DNA of 64,000 nt from Guillardia theta CCMP2712 (GCF_000315625.1 NW_005434611.1:193352-257351); one strand, 5' to 3'. Positions 1 through 12,181 are shown, counted from the stretch's first letter. Translations and numbers: made by a program. The notes: generated by a model from the letters alone, not told the origin.

Positions 1-65
1 TCTCCCCGCGCCCCCGCTGTCCCCAGCTCCTCGCCCCCTCCCCTCCTCCTCCCGTCACCCTCGAC

Positions 66-404
66 ATGGCGACGCTCAGGCCGCTCTTCCCTCTGCCTCA
101 GCCTGTCGCTGCTCGATGTCTCGGGGTCTCGCTCTCCTCCCTCAAGCTCGCTTGCCGCCGCCTGGGCGTACGCAGGTGGCCGTACAAGGCCGCGAGAGCC
201 CCGGCCAAGCCGCCGACCTCAGCGCCCCAGGGCTGCAGCCAAGCAGCGCCAGCGTGCTCGGGAGGCCGCGGCCCGGCAGACAAGCCCTCGGGCAGCATGT
301 ACCGGAGGCTGAGCTGGATCGACATGGAGCTTTTCGACATGCTTGAGGACAGCATGAAGCACGTGGCGGGGACGGGCTTCCTGGTGGAGCGCCGGGGAGG
401 CTAA
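66..404 (+). CDS. RWP-RK domain protein, copy 1 (5' end probably runs off the window)
   Basis: LRPLFPLPQPVAARCLGVSLSSLKLACRRLGVRRWPYK matches the RWP-RK consensus (F.LP...AA..LGV....LK..CR..G..RWP). Near-identical to 1321-1659. Confidence 0.85.
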   Translation: MATLRPLFPLPQPVAARCLGVSLSSLKLACRRLGVRRWPYKAARAPAKPPTSAPQGCSQAAPACSGGRGPADKPSGSMYRRLSWIDMELFDMLEDSMKHVAGTGFLVERRGG

Positions 405-1230
405 GGGGGATACGAAGACAGGGGTCGAGATCAGCAAGCAGGGTCGTCACGGGACCAGGCAGGAAGCTGAGGAGGAGGAGGAGAAGAGAAGCAGGCGGAG
501 GTGGAGTAGCAGCTGCAGCAGCAGCACCAGGAGGAGCACCAGGAGGAGCAGACGGAGGGGATGAGGGCGGCAGGCAGTGCGAGAGTCGGACGTTAGTGTG
601 TGTTGTATGTAGTGAGTCGCAAATGAAATGACGACGATCTGAAGCCGAGGTCTACGAGAGCGGAAGGGCATCAACGGTCTATATGGGTAGTCCTCCTGCA
701 TCATTCATGGCCGATCTGTCCCGCCTGGGACCTTGTGAGTGTTGTTCCAGTGGTAACGACTAGCGGGCGGATACACATGAGTGGAGCAGGGCAAGGAAGG
801 GTCAGACACACTGTGAAGCTGGTATCATCTGCATCGTTTTATTCCGGGGCTCCATCCATCCCCTTGCTTTACCTTCATTCCCCACCCTCAACAGCCTCAT
901 GGGTGGTAGTAGAGCTCCAGCGAGTCCTAGGGATAACATCGACCTCTACCCTTCCCCCCTGCTGTCAATCATACGAACACCCTTCAGTCCTCGGGCTGGC
1001 AGTGCACTCGCAAGGCTTCAGCTAGCGCGTCGAGCCAACCATGCGTCTCCACACAAGAGGTTACCTCCTTGATCGACACCGGGGACCAAAAGTAGCCTAC
1101 CACTAAAACAGTCACAGTCATTCCTGCCCCTCCTGCCCCCCCCCGTGGCTCTTTTGTTCCTCTACTCATCCAGTACTCCCCCCCTCCTCCTCCCCTCTTC
1201 CTCTTCCTCCTCCCTCCGCGCTTCTCCTCC

Positions 1231-1659
1231 ATGGCCACTCCTCTCTCCGTCGCCGTCTCCCCGCGCCCCCGCTGTCCCCAGCTCCTCGCCCCCTCCCCTC
1301 CTCCTCCCGTCACCCTCGACATGGCGACGCTCAGGCCGCTCTTCCCTCTGCCTCAGCCTGTCGCTGCTCGATGTCTCGGGGTCTCGCTCTCCTCCCTCAA
1401 GCTCGCTTGCCGCCGCCTGGGCGTACGCAGGTGGCCGTACAAGGCCGCGAGAGCCCCGGCCAAGCCGCCGACCTCAGCGCCCCAGGGCTGCAGCCAAGCA
1501 GCGCCAGCGTGCTCGGGAGGCCGCGGCCCGGCAGACAAGCCCTCGGGCAGCATGTACCGGAGGCTGAGCTGGATCGACATGGGGCTTTTCGACCTGCTTG
1601 AGGACAGCATGAAGCACGTGGCGGGGACGGGCTTCCTGGTGGAGCGCCGGGGAGGCTAA
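1231..1659 (+). CDS. RWP-RK domain protein, copy 2
   Basis: Intronless 142-aa ORF with the same RWP-RK motif. Differs from copy 1 at two codons (E/G and M/L). Confidence 0.85.
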   Translation: MATPLSVAVSPRPRCPQLLAPSPPPPVTLDMATLRPLFPLPQPVAARCLGVSLSSLKLACRRLGVRRWPYKAARAPAKPPTSAPQGCSQAAPACSGGRGPADKPSGSMYRRLSWIDMGLFDLLEDSMKHVAGTGFLVERRGG

Positions 1660-2407
1660 GGGGGCCCGGGATACGAAGACAGGGGTCGAGATCAGCAAGC
1701 AGGGTCGTCACGGGACCAGGCAGGAAGCTGAGGAGGAGGAGGAGAAGAGAAGCAGACGGAGGTGGAGAAGCAGGGGGAGGACAGTAGTCAGTGCGGGGGT
1801 CTGGTAGGGTAGATGAGCGGTCGTGTGTTAGTTTGTCCTGTCTTGTTGTATCCAGCCTACAGCGGGTATGATGATCGGACTTGCCGGTTGTCAGAGTCAG
1901 CGAGGGATACGCCGCTGAGTGCAGCATGGGACAAGGCAGAATGTGGAGGAGTATTGCGATGGTACGAGTGCATCAGAATCTTTGCGAGAGTGGCGAATCG
2001 GATTTGGCGGCAGGATGATAACTCTAGTTTGCATTGCGATATCACAGGACAGAATGAAACGACTGACAGCCGTTGCTCCTGTATCCATAACACTGATGGA
2101 AGCCACTCCCATCCGAAACAAAACAACAAATTAAAAACAAACTTCAGTCATGACATCATTTCTGATTTAGATCGCAAAACATTTTATCTTGGAGGTATGA
2201 TATCATCAAACATGTAAAACAAAAACCTTCACACTAACAAGTAGAGCAAATGAAAGGAAAGTGAAAACGTGCCCCGGCAGTTGCAAAAACAAAAGAAGAT
2301 ATTATTTCGAAGGCCCGCCTTATCAAGGAGCGACAAGCCTTGAAGACGGATGGATCGTATGCCAGCTGTGCCAGTCAGATAGCGCCGAGTTAACAAAAAC
2401 TCTCCTG

Positions 2408-2678
2408 TAAACCAAGATGACTTACGTGTTTCAAGGCGGCCCATGTAGCGTGTGTGACGAAGGCGGGGCTTTCCTAGCCGTCTTGCTAAGGTCCTCTCAT
2501 GTCTGGATGCTTGGGTTTCACATCCTAGCATACAGTCTATCTCTCATGTGCTCCTCAATTCTGGTTTTGTGTGCATTAAACTCGGTCTTGAGCAAAAACT
2601 GTCTTGTTACAACTAAGGTTGATGTGATATCTGTGTGACTTTGGCATAGTACAAGTCTAACAAACTTGTGCTCCGTCA
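2408..2678. repeat. Dispersed ~270-bp repeat, copy 1 (degenerate element)
   Basis: Shares cttgctaaggtcc..ctctcatgtctggatgcttgggtttcacatcctagc and actttggcatagtacaag..caaactYgtgctccgtca with 15507-15784. Confidence 0.85.
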
Positions 2679-3106
2679 CTAACACATTATCAGCACAGCA
2701 AATTCTTGTGATGTGTGCCGCTTGGAATGACCGAACCGTCACTGTCACTGTGAGACGAGACGAGTCGAGTCGAGTCCCTAGCTAGCTGACTAGCTAATAC
2801 AACAGCTACTCAACAACTAGCTAGTAACAAGCTAGTCGACAGCTAGTCACCAGCTTGTCCGATCAACCGTGAGCCAGTCACATGTTTCTCAAAGTTTGAG
2901 GCGGGCCTCCCGGCTTGTTCGGTCCGTCGGGCCCGGGGCCTCAGTACAGTGCCACTGCACTGTGGCAGTGCCACTGCAACCGCCGCCTTGCGACGGTTGC
3001 GGCGTAACGGTTCCCTTTTACGGTCGCTTCATGGTATGTTCGGGTTTGTTGGGTCGCTCGCTCTGCCGTAGCTCCTTGACAGTGTTGGATGATGTTGACT
3101 GGTATG

Positions 3107-3203
3107 TTGTCATGTCCTGATCTTAACTGATACCTTGTCATGTCCTGATCTTAACTGATACCTTGTCATGTCCTGATCTTAACTGATACCTTGTCATGTC
3201 CTG
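3107..3203 (+). repeat. 28-bp tandem repeat, ~3.5 copies (ttgtcatgtcctgatcttaactgatacc)
   Basis: Perfect copies read directly. Lies between gtatgt (3102) and cag (3206), so probably intronic. Confidence 0.9.
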
Positions 3204-3268
3204 CAGATATGCCATGCCGGCTTTTCTTTCCCTTCGTTGTTGGCACTAGCTTGTAGAGTGGGTTTCCG

Positions 3269-5394
3269 ATGGAGACCCTTGTCATGAGGGCAGGGAGAGG
3301 TTTGACGGCATTGCTATGCCTCTTGCCCTTGACCTTGACGAGCACTTGGCTCGAGGCATCAGATGGTTCCGCGCATCTTTCATGCCGAGCAATGTGTCGC
3401 ACACGATCGGGAGGAGAAGTGCTGAGACTGAGGGGGGGAGAGGATGGCTTTGCTGGGCTGACAGATGAGAACCGAACTCTCTTTACACGAGCATGGAAGG
3501 ACAACCAGTTCTTTGCTCTTGCGGACAGCCAGGCGTCACAGAAGGGGGAGGAGGATGAGTTTCCGGTGAGGCTGCTGACTCAGGAGGAGAGAAAGGAGAA
3601 AGCGAGGTTGAGGGAGAAGGAGCCATGGTTTGGAGCCGAGGACGAGAGCTCGCATCTCGAGGAGGATGATGTGAGTGGAGGGCAGAGACTTGCTTGTCCT
3701 GCTGGTCTTACATGCTCAAGTTCAGGAGTTGATGGCGCAGACAATCCTGCAAGAGGCTGGACTACAGCATGTTGAGGAGGGACTGGAGGGAATAGAGTGT
3801 CCCCCTCCTCCTACCGTATTTGAGCAGCAGGTCTTTGATTCCGATGAAGCGAATGCTGGGGTATCAGATGAAAACTCATCCCAAACCACCACCCAACCCT
3901 CCCCTCCCCTCGACTGACCTCGTCGACTTCCTTCTTCTCACCTGTTCCTTCCTCTCTCTCCCCCCCCCCCTCCCCCCCCCCGTCATTCCTCCTCCTCCCC
4001 CCACCGCCACCGCCACCCCTTTCTTTCCACCTCACCTGACTTCTGACGCGTCCCGTCACAGAATCAGCTGAACTACGTCAGCGAGGACGTCTACGAGGGT
4101 CTGAGACGAGATGTGGAGGGGTGGTGCAACGAGACTATGACGACCGAGGACGAAAATGAGCAGGAGGAGGAGGAGGAGGAGCAGAATGCCGGAGCTCAGC
4201 AGGAGCTCGAGATAATTGATTCGCCTCCCTGCTCACTGGGACGCCGGAGGAGCTTATGGAGGTTGTGCAGGAGGGGGCAAACGGTACCTGGATCTCCATC
4301 GTAGATCAGTAAGCTGCTCCTTCCTCCCTCCCCCCTTCGCCTCTCGTCTGCCTGTCCCGCAGGGGAGGTGATGAGGAAGGGAGCTGTGTGCAGAGCATCT
4401 TGCTACCCTTCTCCGCCCTCCTTCGTTTTCCTTCGCTGACCTGAGCTCACTCCTCAGCCGCTACATCGAGCACAACGTGACGGTGTTTAACGTCAGCGAT
4501 GCTGAGGGGTACGCTGAAGCGATCAGAGAGAGTAAGGAAATTAGTCTTCTCCTTCCTGCGTCTCATCATGTCGCGGCAGAGAAAGTCGTCGCTCCTGTGA
4601 CCCTGACGGCATCAGCTTCAGTTCTCTCCGGTATAGCAGAAGAAGGAGAAATGCAGAGGAAGGACCCCGAAGGGAAGGGAAGCGTTGCAGGCAGGCCGAG
4701 GCGGGGCAGGAGCAGGAGGGGGAGCAGGGGGAGCGAAAGGAAGGAGAGGGAGGAGAAATAGGAGAGATAGTGGGATAGAAATCTCCGTACGATCTCATCT
4801 TGTTCTATTCCTCCAGCGATCTTTGCCAAGTTTGTCAACGAGTATCAGAGGCAGGGAGCTCGAGCGTCTCGCACGGTGACGTCACCTGACGCCTGCCAGG
4901 ATTCTGCTGACGACCATGACCAGGAGTTCTCGATTGTTGACAACGCCATCACGACTATCCTCAAGGGTGCAACTCAAATTGGATGTGGAACACGGCAGCA
5001 GGTGCTCCCCCTCCTCTCTTCTCCCTCGTTCCCTCACCATCCCTCCCGTCCATCCTCCGTCCTTCACTTCCTCGCTCCCTCTCCCCTTCCCTCCCTCCAA
5101 CTAACTTTCCCTCGCCTTGCAGATCGTGTGGTCATTAGGGCAGATTAGGAAGGTCCTTCAGGTGAGCTCTTGACCTTGTCCACTGGACTTGAGCAAGGAC
5201 GGCAGGTCGGGTTTGAGGTGGGAGCGACGAGCGGGCAAGTGAGCGCAAGGATGAGGCAGAGGGCGAGGCAGTTGCGAGACACCAACGTGGTACGGGCCAA
5301 GGAGATGAGGCTGGTGGAGGAGGTGATCAAAATGATGGAGACGTACGATACCATCCTGCCAGACACTCCGTACGAGGACAAGGAGGATGAATAA
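3269..5394 (+). CDS. Multi-exon hypothetical protein with signal-peptide-like N-terminus and LRLRGG motif; acidic
   Basis: Hydrophobic leader GLTALLCLLPLTLT, then LRLRGG at 3422-3439. Coding-like exons are separated by GT..AG introns. Last exon ends ..DTPYEDKEDE*. Confidence 0.65.
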
Positions 5395-5712
5395 ACCAAC
5401 CAGGTTGGATGCCATGAGGTCTCGACAGAGAGGCGAAGTCAGGAGGAGGTGATGCGAGGAGGGAATACATGCAGCCGTTACCTTCACAAGAGCCTGTGCT
5501 GAGAGAGGGCGAGAGGGAGAAGTGATGTTGAAGAGGATAGGAGGAGAGCGATCAGGAGGGGTGGATGGGGCAAGAGGAGAAGAGAAGAGGCAAGGTAATG
5601 TCCAGGAGTAGGAGGCAGGAACGGGAGGGAAGGAGGAGAAGGGAGAAAGTGAGAGAGAAGAAGGGGAGAAGAGGCAAGGGGAGGAAGAGATCGAGGGCAA
5701 CAGTGCGATTCT

Positions 5713-6302
5713 TCACTTCTTCGGCTTCTCAATCTCGAGCTTCTGCACGATATCTTTGACGTCTTTCTCCCGCATCTTCATCAAGTCCTCATCAATCCTC
5801 CCTTCCCTCTTCCGCTCCATCCTCGCCCGTTGCTCCTCCACATGCTCCGCCCACTCCGTCGACCTCTCCTTGCACTGCCGGCACGCACAGTCGTGAAATT
5901 CACTCCAGGACCAGATCTTCAGCTTCATATTGCAACCACAGCAGCGAATCTCTGCTGCCCTCCCATCAAGGTAGTTCCCCAGCAAGGGCCGCGTGTAAGG
6001 GCGCGAGGAAGGGGGACACGCCTGTGTCGTCCTCTTGATGTCTCCAGAGCCGCTCCCTGAACACTGCAGCGCGTGGAAGGTAAGAAGTCGCAGGCAAGAG
6101 GAGCAGGGGAGTGAAAGAAGAATAGGAGGAGAGGTACACGAGGAGCAGGGAGAACAGAAGGAGCACAAGGATAACACGAGGAGTAGCAGGAGAGCAGCAG
6201 GAGCGATCCTCATACCACATCTCGTCGGTGTGCCCCTTCCTCCCATTGAACCGAGCACTCCTGGCAAATATTCCTCTGCTTATAGGGGAAAAGCTTGTCC
6301 AT
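5713..6302 (-). CDS. Two-exon Cys-rich hypothetical protein with C-terminal coiled coil
   Basis: MDKLFPYKQRNICQECSVQWEEGAHRRDV|gtatga..cag|CSGSGS.. joins in phase 0. Contains CxxC pairs (CQEC, CCGC, CACRQC). Confidence 0.55.
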
Positions 6303-6794
6303 GGAGGACGTAGGTGACCGAAGAAACAAAGAGAGGAAGGTAGAAAGAGCTTTTCAGGAAGGTGGTGCGGGGGGGTGAGCGAGGCGAGAGGATCGAGAAG
6401 CAGGAGGGAGGAGCGACGAGAGGAGGAGGGAGGAGCGAGGAGAGAGGAGCGAGGAGCGAGGAGAGCGGAGAGAGGAGAGAGGAGAGAGGAGAGAGGAGAG
6501 AGGAGAGAGGAGAGAGGAGAAAGGAGAGAGGAGAAAGGAAGGGGGAGAGAGGAGAGAGGAGGGAGGAGAGAGGAGGGAGGAGGGAGGAGGGAGGAGGGAG
6601 GAGAGCGAGGAGGTAACAGACAGCAGCGAGTCGGGCAGAAAATTTCAGGTCCGCCTCAGCCTCAACCCCAAGGATTTGATGACCCCACCATCCTGATATA
6701 CTACCCCCCACATCACGTCAATTATCATGGTAATTGTACCCCTACTTTTCAATCCACCCACCCCCAATTGCCCCGCCGACTCTCATCTAAGGCC

Positions 6795-7442
6795 ATGGCT
6801 GTAGTTGCGAAGTGGCTATCGGCGGCGGTGCTCGCCATGCAGGGAGCGGAGAGCCTTCCTCTCAAGGACGACAGCGCAGGCACCAAGCCTTGGTTCTGCC
6901 ATGGCCTTGGCTGCCCGTCCTTCACCGTCCTCTCACGGAACGACAGCGTCGAGTTGAGGATGTACGAGGAGAGTTTGTGGGCGACGACCAAGGTTCCGTG
7001 CGGAGCAGGAGGGTCGTCCTTCGACAGCGCGAAGAGGGAAGGGTTCATGCGACTGTTCCGCTACATCAGCGGCAACAACTCCGAGCATGCCAAGATCGAC
7101 ATGACAGCACCCGTCCTCATCCGAGTCGACAAGGACGCTACGGGAGGCTACTCTGAGATCTCAGTCTCTTTCTTCATGGCCAATGGCAAGCAGGAATCAC
7201 CCCAGCCTGGCAACAGTCAGATCTTCCTCGAGCAGCTGCCCAAGATGCAAGTCTTCGTCTCCCAGTACTCCACTCTTCCTCCGGGGCCGTCGGAGGGGCG
7301 GGTGTTCAAGGAGGCAGAGGCACTGAAGTCGGGACTGGCCCCGGGCACGTACGATGAGCGCACGTTCTTCGACGTCGAGTACGATCCTCCCTTCCGCATC
7401 TTCGGTCGGCACGACGAGATCTGGATCAAGAAGGTCGCCTGA
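6795..7442 (+). CDS. SOUL heme-binding family protein with signal peptide
   Basis: PWFCHGLGCPSFTV, ELRMY, GFMRLFRYISGNN, KIDMTAPV and YDPPFRIFGRHDEIW are SOUL/HEBP motifs. The upstream part of the 6375 ORF is (GAGAG)n artefact. Confidence 0.92.
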   Translation: MAVVAKWLSAAVLAMQGAESLPLKDDSAGTKPWFCHGLGCPSFTVLSRNDSVELRMYEESLWATTKVPCGAGGSSFDSAKREGFMRLFRYISGNNSEHAKIDMTAPVLIRVDKDATGGYSEISVSFFMANGKQESPQPGNSQIFLEQLPKMQVFVSQYSTLPPGPSEGRVFKEAEALKSGLAPGTYDERTFFDVEYDPPFRIFGRHDEIWIKKVA

Positions 7443-7766
7443 AACAGCCTCGTCCCTGGTAGCTGAAGAAAGCAAATAGGAACAGATTTCTTCCGGGGGA
7501 AGGGCAGAGGAAGGAGTAGCAGTAGCAGTAGCAGTGATTGTAATAGGAGTAGGAGACATGATTTTTAGTTGGTGTGACGCGATGGATGTGTTGGTTGTGA
7601 ATGTAAAGAAGAAAGTTTACGTTCCTCCACCTCCTCCCCTCCCTCTTCCCCTCCTCCGCTCCTCCCCTCCCCTCTCCTCCTCGTCATATCGTCTTCTCTT
7701 TCTTCATCCTCTCCTCCCCAGCTCCCTCCTTTCTCTCCTACAGCTAACAGCCAGTCTAGCACTGCA

Positions 7767-9549
7767 TCAGCCGGCTGCCTTGACCGGCCTGGTGGGGAAC
7801 AGCTGGAGTCTCTGTCCACCTACCTCGGACCCCACCGAGAGGGCTGGGAACAACGGGTTCACGTCGAACTTGACAGCCTCCCTGTCTTCCAGCTCATCAT
7901 CCCCAGCTGAGGCCCCAGCTCGGTGGCTCCTGGCCGTCAACAGCTGCGGCCTCGTCCAGGGCGAGACCTGCCCCCCTCCCCATGGCCCATGTCCCTGTAG
8001 CTCGGCCCCGGAGCCGCTGAGAGCTGGGCTGCCTGCTGGGCTCTGGTTGCCTCTGGGGCTCATGAGGGCGATGAGACTGTACCTCTTCCCAGGAGTACCA
8101 GCTCTCAGCTCGCTTGCAGCTGGGCTGAGAGTAGCTCGGCCCTGGTCCTTCCCTGAACCGCTCCTCCCGCCTGACCCCAGGCTGTCGTTGCCGCTGGGTG
8201 CCTTGACGATCAGAGAGGAGGGAGAGAGGGAGGAGGAGAGTATCAGCGTGTCCTTGAGGGAGGAGGCGAAGGTCGGGAGGAGGGAGCTAGTGGCTCCTGC
8301 GCCTCCAGCTTCCTGATGGGCGGGGTTGGGGCTGGAGGTGACGTGGCAGGGAGTGGTGGGACGAGCTAAGGAGAGTGTCAAAGAAAAGATGGAAATGAGA
8401 TTTTGCGAGAAGAGACGAAAGGAGCGAGAAGAGGAGAGAGGTGGAGGAGCTGGTGGAAGAGGCAGAGGAGGAGAAACAAGGGGAAGACAAGGGAGGGATC
8501 AGAGAAGAAAGTCAACGGGTGGGCAAGGGCAACGGAGACACCTTGAGCTTGCGTTGTGTCATACTTCTGTGACATCATGTTGAGAAGCTGGTCCATCTTG
8601 TTCAGGAGCTTTTCCATGGCCTTGCCCTGAGACTTGCGAGTCAAGACAGGGGGGAGGAGGAGGTACAGCAAGGGAAGAGAGATGGAGTAAGAGTGAACCA
8701 ACAGGAGGGCAGGAGGGAGTGAGAGGATTGATCTGAGGGAAGTACGGGAATGAAAGGAAGATTGGAGCCCACCAAGACAGGAAAGGAATGGAAGGAGAGG
8801 AAACGAATGGAAGGAATGGAAGGAAACATATGAGAGGAAGGAAAGGAATGGAAAAGGAAGGAAACGAATGGAAGGAATGGAAGGAATGAAAAGAGGGAAG
8901 AAGTGAGAGGGGAGAGGAGAGAAGGAATTGGAATGGATGGAATGGAAGGGGAAAAAAGAGGAGAAAATGCTAGCAGGACCTGTTTGTCAACGAAACCTTC
9001 CAAGTATGTCTGAATCTGAGAGGAGGTCAGGGGCTGACAATGAAACTATTTCCTCTTCCTACCTGACTCACCCCGTCGATGTTCTCGTGGTTCCTTTCTC
9101 TGGCTTCATCCGAGTTGCCGCTGCTTGTGTTTGTTGAGTTCTCTGCTGACTGTTTGTTCCCTGTGACTTCGATGTCAAAACCTCGCTAACACACAATTTC
9201 CTTATCCTGTTTCTCCTCCGTCATATCATCCTGTTTCTCCTCCGTCATATCATCTTCATCTCCTCCTCGCATCCTCATCCTCATCCTCATCCACAACGTC
9301 GTTCTCTGTTTCCTCGCTCCTCTCCCCCACGATTTCTTACAGCTCATTGAGATCACCTGAGCTGCTCTTGACCTCGAAGTTAAGGAAGTCCTGCATGAGC
9401 AGCCACTTGATGCCCAACTTAGTCGATTGCTCACTGACGCCTGACGTCAGCAGGTGAAGGAGAGCAGCAGCAGCAAGAGCAGCGAGAGCAACAGAGGTGC
9501 AGAAGCAGCAGCAGGAACAGGAGCAGAAGCAAGAGCGAGCAGCAGCAGC

Positions 9550-9632
<83 letters not shown>

Positions 9633-12181
9633 GAAAGAGTAGGTGCAGAGCAACGGAAAATGTCAACAGCAACGAAAGAGGACAACGTACGACACAATAA
9701 GGATGAAAGGAAACGGAGATCAAGGAGAACAAGGAGAATCAATAGAGATCAGAAAGATACGGAGGACAAGGGAGATGAAGGGATCATGAGAATCAGGAGC
9801 AAACAACAGAGAAGATCAAGAACAAAAAAGGATAACGAGGATAACAAAAATACGAAGAGTACGGAGGAATACGGAGATTCGAGGAGTACGGAAGATACGG
9901 AGGATACGCAGGATACGGAGGATACAGAGGATACGGAGGATACAGAGGATACGGAGAAATACCAAGGATACTCAGGATACTCAGGATACGGAGAGTACGG
10001 AGGATAGGGAGGATAGGGAGGATAGGGAGGATGCGGTAAGTACAGAAGAATACGGAGGACATGACAGAGCAGGAGGACAACGAGGTACGGAGGATATGGA
10101 AGAAATGGAGAGTACAGAGGATACGGAGGATATTGAGGGCACGGAGGATATTGAGGGCACGGAGGATACGGAGGATACGGAGGATACGAAGAGTACGGAG
10201 AAATACGGAGGATAAGTAGGATCAGGAGGATACGGAGGGTACGGAGGATAGGGGGGATAGGGAGGATAAGTAGGATACGGAGGATAAAGGAGAATACGGT
10301 AAGTACGGAGGAATACGGAGGATACGGAGAGTACGGAGGATAAGGAGGATACGGAGGAATACGGAGGAGGATCAGGAGGATAAAAATGATACGGATTGTC
10401 TGGAGGATACGGAGGACACGGAGAACATAGAAAAACCAAGAGGGTACGGAGGATAAGTAGGATACGGAGAGTATGGAGGAATGCGGAGGACAAGGAGGAT
10501 AAGGAGAGTACGGAGGATACGGAGGATACGGAGGATACGGAGGATACGGAGGATAAAGGAGGATAAAGGAGAATACGGAGAGTACGGAGGCGGAGGACAA
10601 GGAAGTTACGAAGGATACGGAGGATATGAAGGGTATGAAGAGTTCGGAGGATACGGAGGACACGGAGGAATAAGGAAGATAAGGAGGAATATCCTACCGA
10701 CTCTGGTCGACGAGCATGGACTTGTTTACGTTGCGGATGACGTAGGAATTGAACTCGTTCATCACCATCTCCTCAAAGCCTTCGGGCGAGATTTCTTCAA
10801 GGCTACAGGAGATGAATGTGAGGGTGAGGAGAGGAGGGAGGAGTTGCAGAGGTTAAAGAGAAACACTACAAGAGAGAGAGGGAGAGGAAGCAGAGGAAGC
10901 GGAGGAGGGAAATGTAGGAAAGCAGGGAAGGGAGCAGGTAAGAGACGAGGGAAAGGTAGCAGGTACAGAAAGAAGTGGAGAAAGAAGCAGGGAGGATAGG
11001 AGATGAGGAAGAAGCAGAGAGGATAACGAACACAAAAGGTTCTCCTTACTTGTCCCCGTACTCGGCCATCAGCTCAGTGAATTCGTCCTTGGAGATGAAA
11101 AATTTCTCTCCAAGGATCTGGGGGAGCAGGGAGTGAGAAGGAAGACGGTGCATACGAGAGAGGGTGGAGGGAGGAAAGAACAGCAAGAGAAAGGGGAGAA
11201 CGGCAAGTGAGATTGAGTACAGGAGTGATGAGGAACGGGATGAGGCAGGAACAATGCAATTAGAGGGAGAGGGAGTACAGGGAGTAGAGGGAGTAGAGGG
11301 AGTAGAGGGAGTAGAGGGAGTAGAGGGAGTAGAGGGAGTAGAGGGAGCAGGAGCAGGAGGAGAGGGAGGAAGAGGAGCAGGAGAGGGAGGAGCTGAATGA
11401 TCACAAACGTATGCGACATCAGCAGCTCTCAGGCTCACACTCACTCTCGACAACCCTTCTTGTATCTCGGCGTGCCCGAGGTGCCCGTTGCTGTCGATGT
11501 CCATCCACCGATGGAGCGACTGGACCATCTTCTTGAACTCCGACATGCTCTTGGACTTGGAAAGGATCTTGAAGACGATCATCTCTTAGTCATCCTCATG
11601 CGAACACGCTCGTTGTTGGGTGTTACCTCGCACAGAGGGTCGAGAGGGTTGTTGCCGAGCACTGACCAGAGCTTGTTGATTTCTTCTGTGCGGCTCTGAG
11701 AAGACGATCAGGCAAATTGTCGCCCAAAGATAAGTTTCGAGGTTGACCATGGTTTGAGGAGAGTCAGAGGATATAAACGAAGAAATGAAGTGGGAGTGAG
11801 AGTTCGATCAGGAGGAGATGGAGAGGAAGGAGGAGAAGAGGAAACAATATAGACGATGATTGCACAGGTGGTGATAATGGTGATGACGGCAACGACAACG
11901 CTGTACCCTGTTCATGGAGGACAGGAATTCATCTTCAAATGCACCTTTCAGTGACCACAACAACCAAGAAAAGCTCCTAGTCACCGAGTAGGATCGCAAC
12001 GACGATGTTCATCAAGACTGTTGCCGAAAGCATCTCAGAAAGATCTTGACCACGACAAGTGAAAAGGTCCTCACCCATGTAACCGATGATCATGTACGAG
12101 ATGAAGAACGCGGCAGGTCCCGCCCTGACCTGCCCTGATTCGAAGAACATCGACCGGACAACCGAACTGGCCCTGCCAAGA

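Larger units (their letters stand above)
1..1765 (+). repeat. Tandem segmental duplication: 1-~500 matches 1256-~1760
   Basis: Direct sequence identity at offset 1255, with a 6-bp indel just after the stop codon. Flanks diverge beyond ~500 and ~1765. Confidence 0.95.

Noticed and set aside
735-780. VVPVVTTSGRIH resembling a non-LTR retroelement endonuclease-region peptide
   Set aside because: Only 12 residues with no supporting flanking similarity.
6375-6794. Long Arg/Glu-rich N-terminal extension on the SOUL protein
   Set aside because: (GAGAG)n microsatellite and upstream spacer; ATG 6795 starts a signal peptide.
9749-10663. Extensin-like (PPY)n ORF and poly-Q/A/C/L ORFs
   Set aside because: Translations of intronic minisatellite and (CAG)n inside the channel gene; open in several frames.
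9860-10690. CRISPR-like array (also considered for the 28-, 25- and 32-bp repeats at 3107, 20672 and ~58360)
   Set aside because: Head-to-tail tandem units with no unique spacers, no cas genes, and a eukaryotic context.
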